A stretch of 38,521 nt of DNA from Phoronis australis (Eukaryota > Animalia > Phoronida): NCBI GenBank assembly GCA_002633005.1, contig NMRA01000702.1, positions 37,826-76,346 on the forward strand, given 5' to 3'. Positions 24,445-36,433 of the stretch are shown in pieces. The notes under the pieces are model-generated. The model was not told the origin of the DNA, searched no databases, and worked only from the letters and a program-made list of their open reading frames with translations. Both the position numbers and the translations under genes were made by a program. How positions within the stretch are numbered: position 1 is the first letter of the stretch; every line of letters begins with the position of its first letter.

Positions 24445-25270
24445 AGATTATTACATGGCGAAGTCGTTATCCCCCGTATTCTAGAGCCCGAGTGGATTTT
24501 GGATAATTCTCCAAAATCCACGAGGGCTCTAGTAAACGAGGATAACGTCTGAGAACATGTAATAATATATTTATACCATATACTAAACGAGAAACATTGC
24601 AATGAATCGATCTACCTTTCTCGACTCGCCTCGGCTTTGTAACTATTTTATATGTCAGAGGCCCGGGGTCGGAGGTCGTGACCTTTTAAGAAAAGCCGAG
24701 CTATTTTTGTCAAATAACGCTTTTACTCAAAACCAGTGAATCTATAAATTAAGGTTTAGCAACTATTATAGTTTACTACACATTTTATCACGGCAAGCTT
24801 CGAACGGGAAAATATCGTCAGCTAAAGTAGGTTACCAATAGTAATTGAGTGTAATGCTCAAGTCAAAGGATCCCGACGACACGATACCCGCATTCAAATT
24901 GGAGATGGGCGATTTACAAGTGAGAGAACACGAGAGAAAAATTTCCCTGAATTAAGATATCGTTTTTATGGAAATATTACGTCTTTTTTTCATAGCGTAT
25001 AAATGTCGGTATAATGCCCTTTGCTGAACATGCGATTTTTGCGCGTGGTCATTTAAGTATTCTATTTTCACGTTCGATGACGTAAGCCGTTGAGTGGTGT
25101 AGTGGTGAAGTCGGCGACACGAAACTCTTGAGGCCCGGGTTCGAAACCGGCCTCGGTTTCCCGCCAAAATGTTATCTAACTAGTGAGATAACTATAAATG
25201 GGTTATTACACGTTTGTATATGTCATTCGACGCTAATATTGTGGTATAAAACACGATACTATAATGATTA
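24445..25270. mobile_element. Possible non-autonomous Crypton-type element in intron 1 of gene B
   Basis: Subterminal hairpin 24481-24532 and inverted TTTATACCA (~24570) / TGGTATAAA (~25242) motifs, no TSD. Classification is inference. Confidence 0.35.
25085..25158 (+). other. tRNA-derived (SINE-head-like) sequence with Pol III A and B boxes
   Basis: A box TGGTGTAGTGG (~25094) and B box GGTTCGAAACC (~25137) at tRNA-like spacing. Acceptor and anticodon stems pair poorly, so not called a tRNA gene. Confidence 0.5.
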
Positions 25271-26927
25271 TGTTAGTAGTGTTGAAGATTTCATCTACAG
25301 TAGGAAAATTCTCCCAATTGAAGCCTTTGCCTGACAAGACATTTTACCACAAGACGGAGTGAATGTTCTGACAAGACTCAGAGTTCCCTCAGAGTTCCTA
25401 CTCTCCAGAAATGATGGGGTTGAGGTCACAGTCTCCTGTACTTTCTTTTCTGTCGTGCCCCTATCGCAACAACCGTGACGTTAAACCATCCAATCACAAT
25501 GGATGAGATTAACTGGACTGTTTGAATTAAGCCAAGTTAATATTTCACTAGTTTTTAGTTTTGACTTATCTTAGTGTGAAGACGCCTCTATAGATGTCTC
25601 TGTTAATGGCATGGGAAACCGTCAGTGGTTCCGCTTCGTGAAAATGACTTTAGACGTCAGACAATTTAGTCTTACGCACTCTCTTCACAATTGCTCAATA
25701 AAGGTTTAGTCAAGTATTTATGAGAGCATCACTGTATAGAAACAATTGATGAAAATTCTTTGCGACTACCAGTTACGTGTAGTCTCTGTCACTCTCGCTC
25801 GTGTGAGATTTAATTATTTTTCAGAAACAATTGTGTCAAGCGTAAAACCAAATTTCTGTTTTAGGTGTTAAGTCAGTTTCGTAAAACAGAACCCACGTCT
25901 CAAGTTCTAACTACATAGAGGAGTTGAACGGAGTAAGTCCTGCAAATATGTTTAAAGCTTACATTCACTACAAACAAATCTCAAGACCGAGTTTGTTTAA
26001 TCTCCTCCTACTTTAATCCAAGGGAATTGGATGGACATAATGGAGACGTCCCACTTAGAGGAGTGTTACTTTTCATGTATGTGTAATTTTGCGTTGCATT
26101 GTCACCATTTTGATATAAACTTATGATGGCAATTCAGGTTAGGTGGTACAAAGAGTGGGACGTGATATCACTACTTTCGATTGGTAGACATTTCGATCTG
26201 ATTATAATCTGTGCATCACAAATTCTGATATCATTCCAAAGAGTCGGAAACCCAGGACCCTGGGCAACAATCGCAATAACATGTTGCCTCTGAAAATTCT
26301 ATACAGCTCAGATTTATCGAAATTCCTGGAGGTTAGGAAATTACAGGTTTTGATTTGGGGTGTACTTTTGGCAATTGAGGTATTAATATAGGTCATGTGC
26401 TAAGCTCTGTTTCAATAACCATGAAACATGGAGCACAATTCTGCAGTTTGATTTAAACATGGCTCTCATTTTCCGGTTACGTTCAGGCATCACCCCGAAT
26501 ATGGAAGCCCCGCATAATATATCTACATCGTATTTGCAAACCGTTTTGCTTTTAGTGTAACCGTCCCACCTTTTAACGGTTTGCCCTGCAGCATCAAAAT
26601 ATCCCGTTTTTAACACACGACGAAATTTACTCATTTACATATATTATTGTAATTTTCCAGTATCAAAAACACCGTTCAAAAATGTTTTCAAGTGTTGCGG
26701 CGAATATTCCATCCTTGCGTTTTGACATAGACCGAAATGTCCCGTATGATAGTGTCTAATTTTTTCCATTCAAGTGTTCCGTTCTTCGTTTCCGAATGTT
26801 ACTATGCTGCATATCTACTTATACCCACTGCGGAGGGTAATGGTAGCGACGATCGGGGCAATATATACGAACCATTTGCCCTCTCTTAAAAACAAAAATT
26901 AAACAGACATTGACGTTTGATACTCAC

Positions 26928-26973
26928 CAACGCCTGCAGTAGCCAGACAAAGAACAGCAATATATGTAATCAT
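26928..26973 (-). CDS. Ly6/uPAR gene B, exon 1 (signal peptide MITYIAVLCLATAGV)
   Basis: ATG at 26973, 15 codons +1 nt, donor GTGAGT. In frame with exon 2 (...AGVEAVFTRCVQC). Confidence 0.85.
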
Positions 26974-27225
26974 CGTTTCACCTTTATCACAAAAAATTAC
27001 TTAATAGTTCTCCTGTTGAAAGTTCTCTTTCTTTATCGGTAATGGCGTTGGCCTGCTCAAAATGAAAAACTACTGTATTGTGTTTACGTGACCAATTGTA
27101 ACTACTTGCTCTATTGTTGGTGGTAATATATGGTACGTATGAACATCAAAACAACAACGTTGATAGACTTCTCGGTTCATAGCGTAAATAAACAGGTTCA
27201 TATGAGGAAATAGCCTGTATAAATA

Positions 27226-27236
27226 TGTGTGTGTGT

Positions 27237-27280
<44 letters not shown>
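27226..27280. repeat. (GT)n microsatellite ~250 bp upstream of gene B ATG
   Basis: Direct reading, with two GC interruptions. Confidence 0.98.
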
Positions 27281-27282
<2 letters not shown>

Positions 27283-27854
27283 CTTTGTTTCTTTATTATT
27301 TATTTATTCCACACGGCATTCAATACGCCCTGACATATGCCTTGAAATACGGGAAAGTAGAGCCAGCGGTAGAGGCCGTATTTCACGGTTGTGTGCAGCT
27401 AGTCTAATGGTGGAGTAAAATCTGCGTGCACGTGCACGGCGCCAAATTTGATTGGACTCGTTCATTGGCGTTACCGAAAACATTGATAAAATGCGTTTTT
27501 CCTAAAAAAGCAGTTTTCCTGCTTTAAAAAGTATAAACTTTCAGCCAAGACGAAAATTGATACTCGGTGACCAGGCGGCTATTTTTAGGCCCCTGTAGTC
27601 TTAATCTGGGTCATCATAAATAGGTCAATTTCCTACATCAAGTTGTGTCCCCAACAAAATCAGGCAAAATGTAATTGGAATCAAACGAAAATGTTTTATT
27701 ATGGCTGCATGCAGTACATTCACACTGACAACTAAGACATTTACGGGAAAGTGCGATTTAATATCGAATATTTTTTTTACTGACACAATCGTCTGTTCGC
27801 AGCCTTTCTCGATTGACTATCCAATCTCTGGCTGCATGGTACCAGCGTTTTGCG

Positions 27855-28219
27855 ATGGCAACATTTGCGCAAAAATTTGACATCGATTTTGATGAGTTTA
27901 GCGCGGATGGCCCAACTTTGACAGACGAAGACGTTATGGATTTCATCGTCTCTAAGAGGAATGTAAAACGTTAAAAAACAAGAGTTATGTGGCAGCATTC
28001 CATAAATGGCTAAGAGATACAAGAAGCAAAGAAATGAACAGTGCAGAAAAGGACCTTGGAAGTTTCTTCCTGGAACTGCTCAGTTTGGATGGCAGCGAAT
28101 ACGAGCCAGACACACTGACATGCATACAGAGATCACTTGGACGACATCTAATAGAAAACAAAAACAAATTCTCCATAATTACCGATAAGCAGTTAGCATC
28201 GTCCCGCGAAGTGCTATAA
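27855..28219 (+). pseudogene. Crypton (DUF3504/KIAA1958-ZMYM-like tyrosine recombinase) N-terminal relic
   Basis: MATFAQKF...LTDEDVMDFIVSKRN / frameshift / TLKNKSYVAAFHKWL...LGSFFLELLSLDGSEYEPDTLTCIQRSLGRHL...FSIITDKQLASSREVL-stop. The DGxEYEPxTL...RHL...FSI..D motif is characteristic of this family. Catalytic domain absent. Element probably spans ~27295-28300. Confidence 0.8.
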
Positions 28220-28971
28220 AAACCAATTTTTCTCTAATTGCAAGCATGATAACGTAAAGACTGAAACTCCAGCCGACGGTATAAAATATATAATTTATTA
28301 TCAGACTATGAAAACAAAAGAACTGGTTATTCGAATTAACGAAGCCAATAAAGGCGACAGAACTGTGGGTAATTGTAATTTGGTTTTTCAGTTCACAATT
28401 TTCACATGCCCCTGTCCGGACGGATATATCCGTCTTAACGATAAATCAAGTTATATTTGCCTTATCACCCGTCCGTTGTCTAGAACATTCACTTATCACC
28501 GTCAGAATGTTCTATTAAGGACCTGGCACGGTCACAAACTCACATGCACTGAAATTATTGACAACACAGAAATAGGATATTTCGAATCTGACCGTTTTCG
28601 CCTTAAGACCTTGGAGGCTCTAACAACTGAGACAGAGCACCCCTTAATAAATTCCCGAGGCCCTGGCTATGTTAGAATCCATAAATTATTTTAGTGTCGT
28701 CTGCAGTTCGGTAAGTGTCTGTAGTCTTCTCTATTGGCTTTCGTACTTGATTATGTATTGCTTGACAACCCCTGCGTAACTTTGTTGTTTTTCTCACCTA
28801 TGTTTTTTGGTGGGCTCTGTTGCTTCTCTTAGTATTTTAGTCACTCCATAGATGAACAAGGAAGGCCGAAGTACAGAGAATACTTGCCTGTGATCGTTTT
28901 AACAAGTTGTCTCCTGTTGGTGTTATACATATGAGTGATGGACGTGTCCCGTTAGAATGTGTTTGTGAGCT

Positions 28972-29059
28972 TGTGTGTGTGTGTGTGTGTGTGTGTNNNN
29001 NNNNNNNNNNNNNNNNNNNNNNNNNNNNNNNNNNNNNNNNNNGTGTGTGTGTGTGTGTG
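28972..29059. repeat. (GT)n microsatellite spanning a 46-N assembly gap (28997-29042)
   Basis: Direct reading. Confidence 0.98.
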
Positions 29060-29763
29060 AGTTAGGTTGAGTACACGCGTTTTAGGTACGGCCTCGTGAA
29101 AACTTACCCGACACAGCAACTTCGGCTAATAACATTCACCCATAGAAAAACACATACCGTGTCACACGTCACGCCGTGCAACATGTCACGGTTATTGTAC
29201 AGGAAAAAAGTAGCCAGTGAAGAAATGCGGATTAAATCTTGAGTGTGTAATGTAAATATGTTGAATTACACGCTTTTTATGTGAGTGTACTATTAGTCTC
29301 GGTTGCTGCGACGAGAAAGTTTTATATTCTACCCTTGTGAAAATACTTTATAGGGGCAGCAACCTCGGCTCTTAACGCCACCCATATAAAAGCATGTAGT
29401 TTGAAAGATATTTATTGATTTTCGCTTTTACCTAAAAGTTATTTGAGAAACCCGATACCTGCTGACGAAGGTAGTCTTTGTAAATATTGACTTACCTCCG
29501 GTTTCAATTGTGTTTTAGAGAACAGGGACACCAAAATGTGTGTCGTAATTTTGTGGTTAGCAAATACTTTCTTTTCGGCAATCTGCATTTCCAAATGTTT
29601 GCTTGCGACATCTTTGGACTCGACTACAGAAAGTTTACAGTGAAAACATAAAACGAGAGACCTCCATATTTTGGGTCGACTACGATAAGTCACAGTTGGA
29701 CTGGTTTGTCATCACCGATAAAAACTTGCTAGCTTAAACGAAACACTGAGAGAAATAACCGCA

Positions 29764-29812
29764 ATGAAGATCGTTTTATTCGTTGTGCTGATTATATGTC
29801 TTACAGCGTCAG
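29764..29812 (+). CDS. Ly6/uPAR gene C, exon 1 (signal peptide MKIVLFVVLIICLTAS)
   Basis: ATG at 29764, 16 codons +1 nt, donor CAG|GTAATT, phase 1. Confidence 0.9.
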
Positions 29813-30344
29813 GTAATTTTCACCTATTTGTAATAACATGTCGTCTCCTTGTAGCAAAAACTCTATATATAAGTCTGACTATTGAACAGAATCTGAGTCT
29901 CAATGTATTGTACAGTATCCTATATTCTTGTGCCGTATGCCGCACAGTAAATAACTGTCACTATATTTATAGTATCTAAGTCTTACTACATTGCGCTACA
30001 TCTCATTATATTGAACAAAGTCTCACGGTACTAACTTCCGAGGTCTCTAATCTTTGTACTCGAAACGAACTCGAAATTATTTTTGTCAATTGCTCTGCTC
30101 TTTTTGTGCGAAATCAAGTGGTTATCAGACTGTGCTCAAATACATTATAGTTTATGCTTATGCGTTTTTAGTCCAAATTTGCTCTTGAAGACCCTTATAT
30201 TCGTGCTACAGACTCGATTAAAAACTCGAAATTTCGAGTTCAAACTCGAACCTTTAGCCTTAATGTTGGGTTTATCAACTGTAAACTTATCCACGTAGTC
30301 ATTATGAAATCTAGCATAGAATAATAACTTGTGACATGGTGACG

Positions 30345-30738
30345 TAGTGGTGTCTTGTTGATGTGAGGAAGGGTCTAAAGAGAAGCGGGTATGTAACTAC
30401 AGCAATCTATTCATTACAGGCTTGTAGTGAGACAGAATAGCCATGTCCCTTTTTAAACCTCTGGTGTACTAGTACTTAAAGGCAGGGCGGAGCTCCACTC
30501 CCGGAGAAAGGCCGAGTTCATTGCCGACGCAAGTGTTCTATCTCACTGCAAGTCTGTAATGAATAGACTGCAGTAGGTATATACACCGTTCAGTCACTAC
30601 AAGTCTGTAATGAATACACTGCAGTAGGTACATACCCCGTTCTATTCTATCTCACTACAAGTCTGTAATGAATAGACTGCAGTAGGTACATACCCTGTTC
30701 TATTTAGACCCTTCCTCTCATCATGCGTATCACCACTG
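30345..30738. mobile_element. Foldback-type MITE in intron 1 of gene C with triplicated right subterminal unit
   Basis: Left arm GAGGAAGGGTCTAAA...CTATTCATTACAGGCTTGTAGTGAGA is the reverse complement of the right arm. Unit TCACT(A/G)CAAGTCTGTAATGAATA(G/C)ACTGCAGTAGGTA occurs at ~30543, 30594 and 30652. No TSD seen. Confidence 0.75.
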
Positions 30739-31849
30739 ATAGTTGTGATTCATATTGTTCCTATTGCCTATTGTGTATCACCACGCGATCAACTGTGCTA
30801 CTCCATATATCTATGTATTCGGCAGTCCGTGTCACGCCCTTGACTTAAAGGGCGTACCACTCGAAAGGTGTGGAATACTTCAATATATCTCAGTATTGAC
30901 GCTCGTCATTTTACTTTATACGGTATTACTATTCTTAACCGTCGGTAACTACACGCCATTCCAACACCTATATTATTTTTTTATAACTATGGCAGTGATA
31001 TGACCGCGTTGTTTAGATGCAGAATGTGACAACAGAATGTATGCTAGGATTTGTTTCTAAGAAAGCAAATCTCGATAAATTAAGAATTCTACACAAGTCT
31101 CAGGTTTATGACTTGGACAAAGCCTCTTGGAAATTTCGTCAAAAACCAAAGGCTTATTTTCTTTCTCTTATGAATCGTAAAAACGATCTTTTTGCATAAA
31201 AACACCAAATGTCTAAAACTTTCAACCACATGACCCAATTTTCTAAAAACACGCTTGCGCAATGTAAAGTAATTCAGTTATTTTTTAGTAATAATTTTAT
31301 TTTAATCTTAACAATTGTAAATTGCATTTAGCTTTCGTAGCAAATATTCAAGTTAGAATCTAATAAATAATCTTTGAAGTTGTGATATTAAAACTTTAAA
31401 ATGCTTATAAATAACAGTCAGCAAGGCTTCCCCGCGCGTGAGCACTGAATTGACCTTTAGACAGCACATGTAGACAGTCTCGCCACGTTTCTTGAGTTGG
31501 GGATCGTCTCCGTTTGAATGAACGTGGATATGGAATTTGCCGCCGAACATGGGTCCGTCTAAGAAATTGTTTGCATGTCCTTTTGACTGGGAGTGCGTAC
31601 AGTCGCGATACCCGATTTGTCAATCATAACCTTGTCTTCTCGGAATTCCGGCATTGTTTGGTAGGCGCGCGTTTGGTTGTTTTAGTGTTTTGCAGACGAT
31701 AAAATGTAAGGCGTATGGATGTATACTTTGCACTACTTTCACCCATGTCATATCAAAAAATTACGTACTCGGTGTAATTAACCAGTCGTGTTGTAATACA
31801 TTCCAGGTCATGTGAGAAAATTGCATATCACTCATTCATTTTATTTCAG

Positions 31850-32014
31850 CTGCCGCAGTTCAGTGCTGGAAATGTAAGGCAACCGATGATCAATCCAAAT
31901 GTGCAGATAAGTTTGCTTATGACGCGAACTACAAGACAAGCGGAAGTTTGATCACTACCTGTAAATACGGGTGCATGAAACTCAAAGATGGCAGCGCTGT
32001 TACCACGGGTTATA
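31850..32014 (+). CDS. Ly6/uPAR gene C, exon 2 (Cys1-5)
   Basis: Acceptor TTTTATTTCAG, donor GTAAGT, 165 nt, phase 1/1. Encodes AAVQCWKCKATDDQSKCADKFAYDANYKTSGSLITTCKYGCMKLKDGSAVTTGY. Absent from the ORF track. Confidence 0.9.
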
Positions 32015-32058
32015 GTAAGTCGTTTTGTTGTCTCCACCTAGTAAAAATTGGAAAGCGA

Positions 32059-33411
32059 TTAAGGTTATCCCAAACCTTATTCACAAAAATGGCCATTTTT
32101 CAACATGTCACAAGTGTCTAGAAAAATACCTTTTCTTCATTCTCGGGGAACTTCAAATACAAAATATATACTGAGTAGCGAGAAAAAAAAAGATTTAACA
32201 GAACCACCTTGGAAACGCACAACCGCGTGGATATTTGTTTGCTACTTATCCGAGGTCAAGGGTTAAAGGGCTTTCCATCAAATCGAGTCTCCCGCTAGGT
32301 ACAGAACAGCTTCGTATACCCTCAATCCTTTCATTCACAAAATCACCATAACATTGAGTCAACGAAGTGTACTTATGGTAGAATGGTGTTGGGGAAAACA
32401 AAGACAAAACGTAGTTTTGATCCTTAGGGAGTTGTGCGTCTACATGCATAGGAACGTTGGCGTTGAGAACGAAAGCTACGGTCGCCACAGGCCTCTGTGG
32501 TCATGAACAAAGCAAGTTGTGAACAGAGATAAATCCTCACCCTAATTCCTTCATTCAATTAATAAATTGACATTTCAATGTTTCGATCTCATGCTAACGA
32601 CATGATTTAACCACAGATTCGATTTTTGTTATCCATTTATTACTTGGTTTCGTATCAGGTCAAATGTCGCAAACAACACTATGAGTTAGCTGGGAACTTT
32701 ACGTTTTAATGATAATTAAGTTTATTACGCACTGCAAAATTAGTTGACAATTGCGATTGAATGTTGAAACAGCGAACATATTTAAGGCTTGTATAGGTTA
32801 TGAGTACCGAAAACAAGTTTTCACCGAATAATTAATCGAAAACTTTGAGATTTTCACTTGTCCCAGTTTAATCGGATTTTTCTCGGCTTCGGCAAATAGG
32901 CTTTATTTGAACTTAGGAACAAGAGTTCTCGAAAAATGCTCGGTGGATTTCGCTGAATTTTTCCAAATTCAATATTTATCCATTTGTCTCAAAAATGCTT
33001 TTAGGACTTTCGATATAAAGGCCTATTTTTGCGTAATGTAACATAGACGACTACGACTTTCGTTTTTTACAAAGATACCTTACGTTTTTCGAGTTGATTT
33101 GTCATAAAAATCAAAGGAAAAGTCTAATCGAAAATTCCTAACAGCATTTTTGAGGTAACTGATGAAGTTTTCATTTAAAAAAGGTTTCATTAAAATCGAC
33201 CGAGGGCTTATTTTGCTATGAATGTACCTTTCTTTTTGACTTAAAGGTTTTTACGTAGAAATAATAATGATGCATTAATACAAAAAGGATTTTCATATTT
33301 CCTAATCTTTTTTCTTTCAGAAAATACATACTTTTTCTGGTTGACAAAGCTTAGTTTTTTGATTTACGAATTAGAATTGAGGCCACTAAATAAAGTTGGA
33401 GATAACCTTAA
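32059..33411 (-). mobile_element. Kolobok-like non-autonomous element, copy 2, longer (intron 2 of gene C)
   Basis: TTAA at 32059-62 and 33408-11. Colinear with the reverse complement of copy 1 (e.g. TCTTCATTCTCGGGGAACTTCAAATACAAAATATATAC; AAAAAGGTTTCATTAAAATCGACCGAGGG). Extra internal segments at ~32226-32688 and ~32860-32945. Confidence 0.8.
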
Positions 33412-33733
33412 GCCTTGGTTTTCTTTAGTCAATACGCGTGCCTTTAAAAGCAAAAAATGACAACATGATGAAGTTATAATAAATCAAAGTTGAAGGATTG
33501 ATAATGATTGTGGCCGTTTTCACCCAGTATGGAGTAATCTGTTCGCCATGACCCTACCAATCAGTCACAATTTTACTAGAGAATGAGAACGTCTAACATA
33601 AAAATTAAGATAATAAATGTAAACACGTTTTCGCATTAGAACCCGAGTTTTAATTTAGAAGTATGTTTCCAAGTGTCGTTTTACTCCAATAATCGTCACA
33701 ACCCTGCTCATATTCACAACCCATTGCTTACAG

Positions 33734-33993
33734 GAGACGAGTGGAAGGTTATCCGGGATTGCTTCGACCCAAAAAACGACACAATAGGAGCAAAGACTGT
33801 CGATAAATGCAGTGGTTCCTACGACAGTTCGTTTCCCGTTCAAGAACTTACAGTTAGATCGAAAGGTGTCAACGCATGCATCTGTCAGAAAGACTTCTGC
33901 AACAGAGGGTCACGTGATTTGCCTTCATTCAAAACATCATTACTCGCCTTACTGATTGGGTTTATCGGTTGTCAAGGCGTACAGGACATTTGA
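33734..33993 (+). CDS. Ly6/uPAR gene C, exon 3 (Cys6-10 and hydrophobic tail)
   Basis: Acceptor GCTTACAG, phase 1. Encodes DEWKVIRDCFDPKNDTIGAKTVDKCSGSYDSSFPVQELTVRSKGVNACICQKDFCNRGSRDLPSFKTSLLALLIGFIGCQGVQDI-stop. Total 49+165+260=474 nt, 157 aa. Confidence 0.9.
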
Positions 33994-36018
33994 TGATATA
34001 CACTTTTCAGGAGAGTTCTCAGTACGATCTTTTCTGTCCTAGAAAAACTGCGTTGTCATTATGAAATTGGTCACAGGTGGCGCTGGGAGACCTAACCTTT
34101 CCATATGTGCTGAGATCATTGTTTAGATTTTAATACGCAATCAAGAAATTAAAGCCTATCTTCAATGGTAACACATGTAAATTCGGTTCCTACAGTATGT
34201 TAAGAGCATCCCTCTGAGCCCACTAGTGCCATAAATTGCCAAATGTAACGAACTGTTAGGAGTACTGGCTTGCTTTTGTCTACGTCAACGCGAGAATCAC
34301 CCTTAATTCAAACAGATGCGAATAACATCCGCACGCAGTGGTGTTCTATTCAGACCCCTATTCAATACAACCTTTGGTTGTTTGTGATGGGATCTCGTGA
34401 TGACGTAACATGTCACGAAAAGGCAGCTTCACTTATCATTTGATGGGCTTACATTTGCGTGATTGAACTTGAGTTTTCTTATTTTACTAAGACTTTGCTA
34501 GTACTATCTGGTTAGCCCAATATATCTAAAATAACAAAATTCTGTTGAAGTTAGGCTTTAAGGATATGTGAAAACGAAAAGAGCATGTAATATGGTGACG
34601 ACCCAGGAACTCTTAACTCTTGGTGGATCCGAGAATCTGGAAAAATATCTCTATCATCTGGATGAGAATCTATGATTTATATGTAGACTGATCCCAGGGG
34701 TCAATGCCAGGTTACAAGGCTCCACTGAGAGAGTGCTGCCCAAGACCAGGTGTATCAGTGTTCGCCACGAGGCACTGTACAATTCCCACAGGGTTTAACG
34801 TGGCACTCATCGTCTTTGTTTCAATTTGTAGAAAACTGAACAAAATGAAAAATTGTAAATCATGTTACCACGAAAGACAAAACAAACTTTATTCAGTCTC
34901 ACATTTTTACCATTTTGCTTTTATCCAAGCAGGAGTTGAAGCTCTGCAAAACTGACTTTTCAGCCCAAAACCACCTCTTCCCAGCGAACGCTTGACACGA
35001 GCCGACATTACGCTTTAAAAGAGAATTTACTACGCATTCCACAAATGTGGTCTAAACGTGCTGCCGCCCTATAAGATTCTTTGCAATTTTCGGTTGTTTG
35101 AGCACTACCTGAAATCGCAGTAGAATCCTTGGTCACTTAGCAACAATGGTAGGCCTACAGTTGCGTCATTTTGTAGACATGGCATGTATAGTGCATCTGC
35201 AGCTGAACTAGTGAACTTTCTCATTTTCCATGTTCAAAAACAACCAAACCAGATTCCCTGAACCTACTTGTACCTCACACCTACCGCCAAACTTTGACTA
35301 CCCCAAAAATTAATCGATAGAAGTGCAAATTGGCCGTGACTACAGTCTAACTTAATGCGATACTTTCAGTCCCCGTGGTGGCGCTGCCACCAATCAGCTA
35401 CAGGTCAACTATTTTCTTCATAAGCTCAATAGTGTTCATCATCTTACTATTATCCGGCTACAGTTATCATCACGTGTATCCAGATGCCAGGTATTTTGAG
35501 ACGAAACAGCATCAAATGCTATGCAAAATGACCATGATTTTTTGGTAACTTAGCTTCAGTGTTCTGGCCGGCTTGGTTGCCATTGTCATTCGGGTACCAT
35601 GTGCTGTTCGTTGTGTTGAAATGTGGATTGATGACATTTATGTCAGTTCCTGTGCTTGCTCCAGTAGGGTTTTCAACGATGGTTTTCTCTCCTAGGACGT
35701 GTGATCACTAGTAGAAAAATCCGATGATTGATGAATAGTCCAATCCACCAGTTATTCATTGATGTATGGTTTTATTGTTTTCCTTTTATTGTTAATAGAG
35801 TTATGTACAAAACAGTGGAGGTTCTAGGATATCATAAGGCTAGGGGGGGCAACATGTTGCCTCGGGGAATTGGGCAAAGCGCGAGTGTATGTGCACAGGT
35901 GTGTCGAAAGTTGCGATGGCCGGGGGCATGTGGACCTTCTGTCCAGAAAATCTATCGGTATAGACTAAAAAAACGGGAACACTATTACGCCGCCATCTGG
36001 GGTTTGAGCTTCCCCCCC

Positions 36019-36399
36019 CAAACAATGTCACATTATAATAATGGTGAGCGACAAACACCGGAGATTTTCTCAGGCAGTCATGACCGTTTCACTTATTGCT
36101 ATTGAGTGATATCATCCGATCCATCATACGTTGGACGTCGTTCGTACTATGANAATACTCACAATATTCAATATTTCCTCACGCTTCACGCTGTTGCCGT
36201 TTCATTTTGCTTGCGGCAGCCAAATTCGCCTATGCAAAAGCACCCCTCGACCAGTGTTAGTGTGACAAACAATGTCACATTATAATAATGGTGAGCGACA
36301 AACACCGGAGATTTTCTCAGGCAGTCATGACCGTTTCACTTATTGCTATTGAGTGATATCATCCGATCCATCATACGTTGGACGTCGTTCGTACTATGA
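36019..36399. repeat. Two identical 134-bp direct repeats (36019-36152, 36266-36399)
   Basis: Exact match by reading. The first copy ends at the single N (36153). Confidence 0.9.
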
Positions 36400-36433
36400 G
36401 TAATAGAAACAATACACTGATCATCAGGTCAGG

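Noticed and set aside
27225-27418. Cys/Val-rich ORFs (MCVCVRV...)
   Set aside because: Translation of the (GT)n microsatellite.
27855-28219. Crypton recombinase as an active invertase for the B/C segment
   Set aside because: Frameshifted and truncated before the catalytic domain, with no identifiable recombination sites.
36019-36399. Identical 134-bp direct repeat as a Penelope pseudo-LTR or real duplication
   Set aside because: 100% identity ending exactly at a single-N join points to an assembly or haplotype overlap. Raw reads are needed before treating it as biology.
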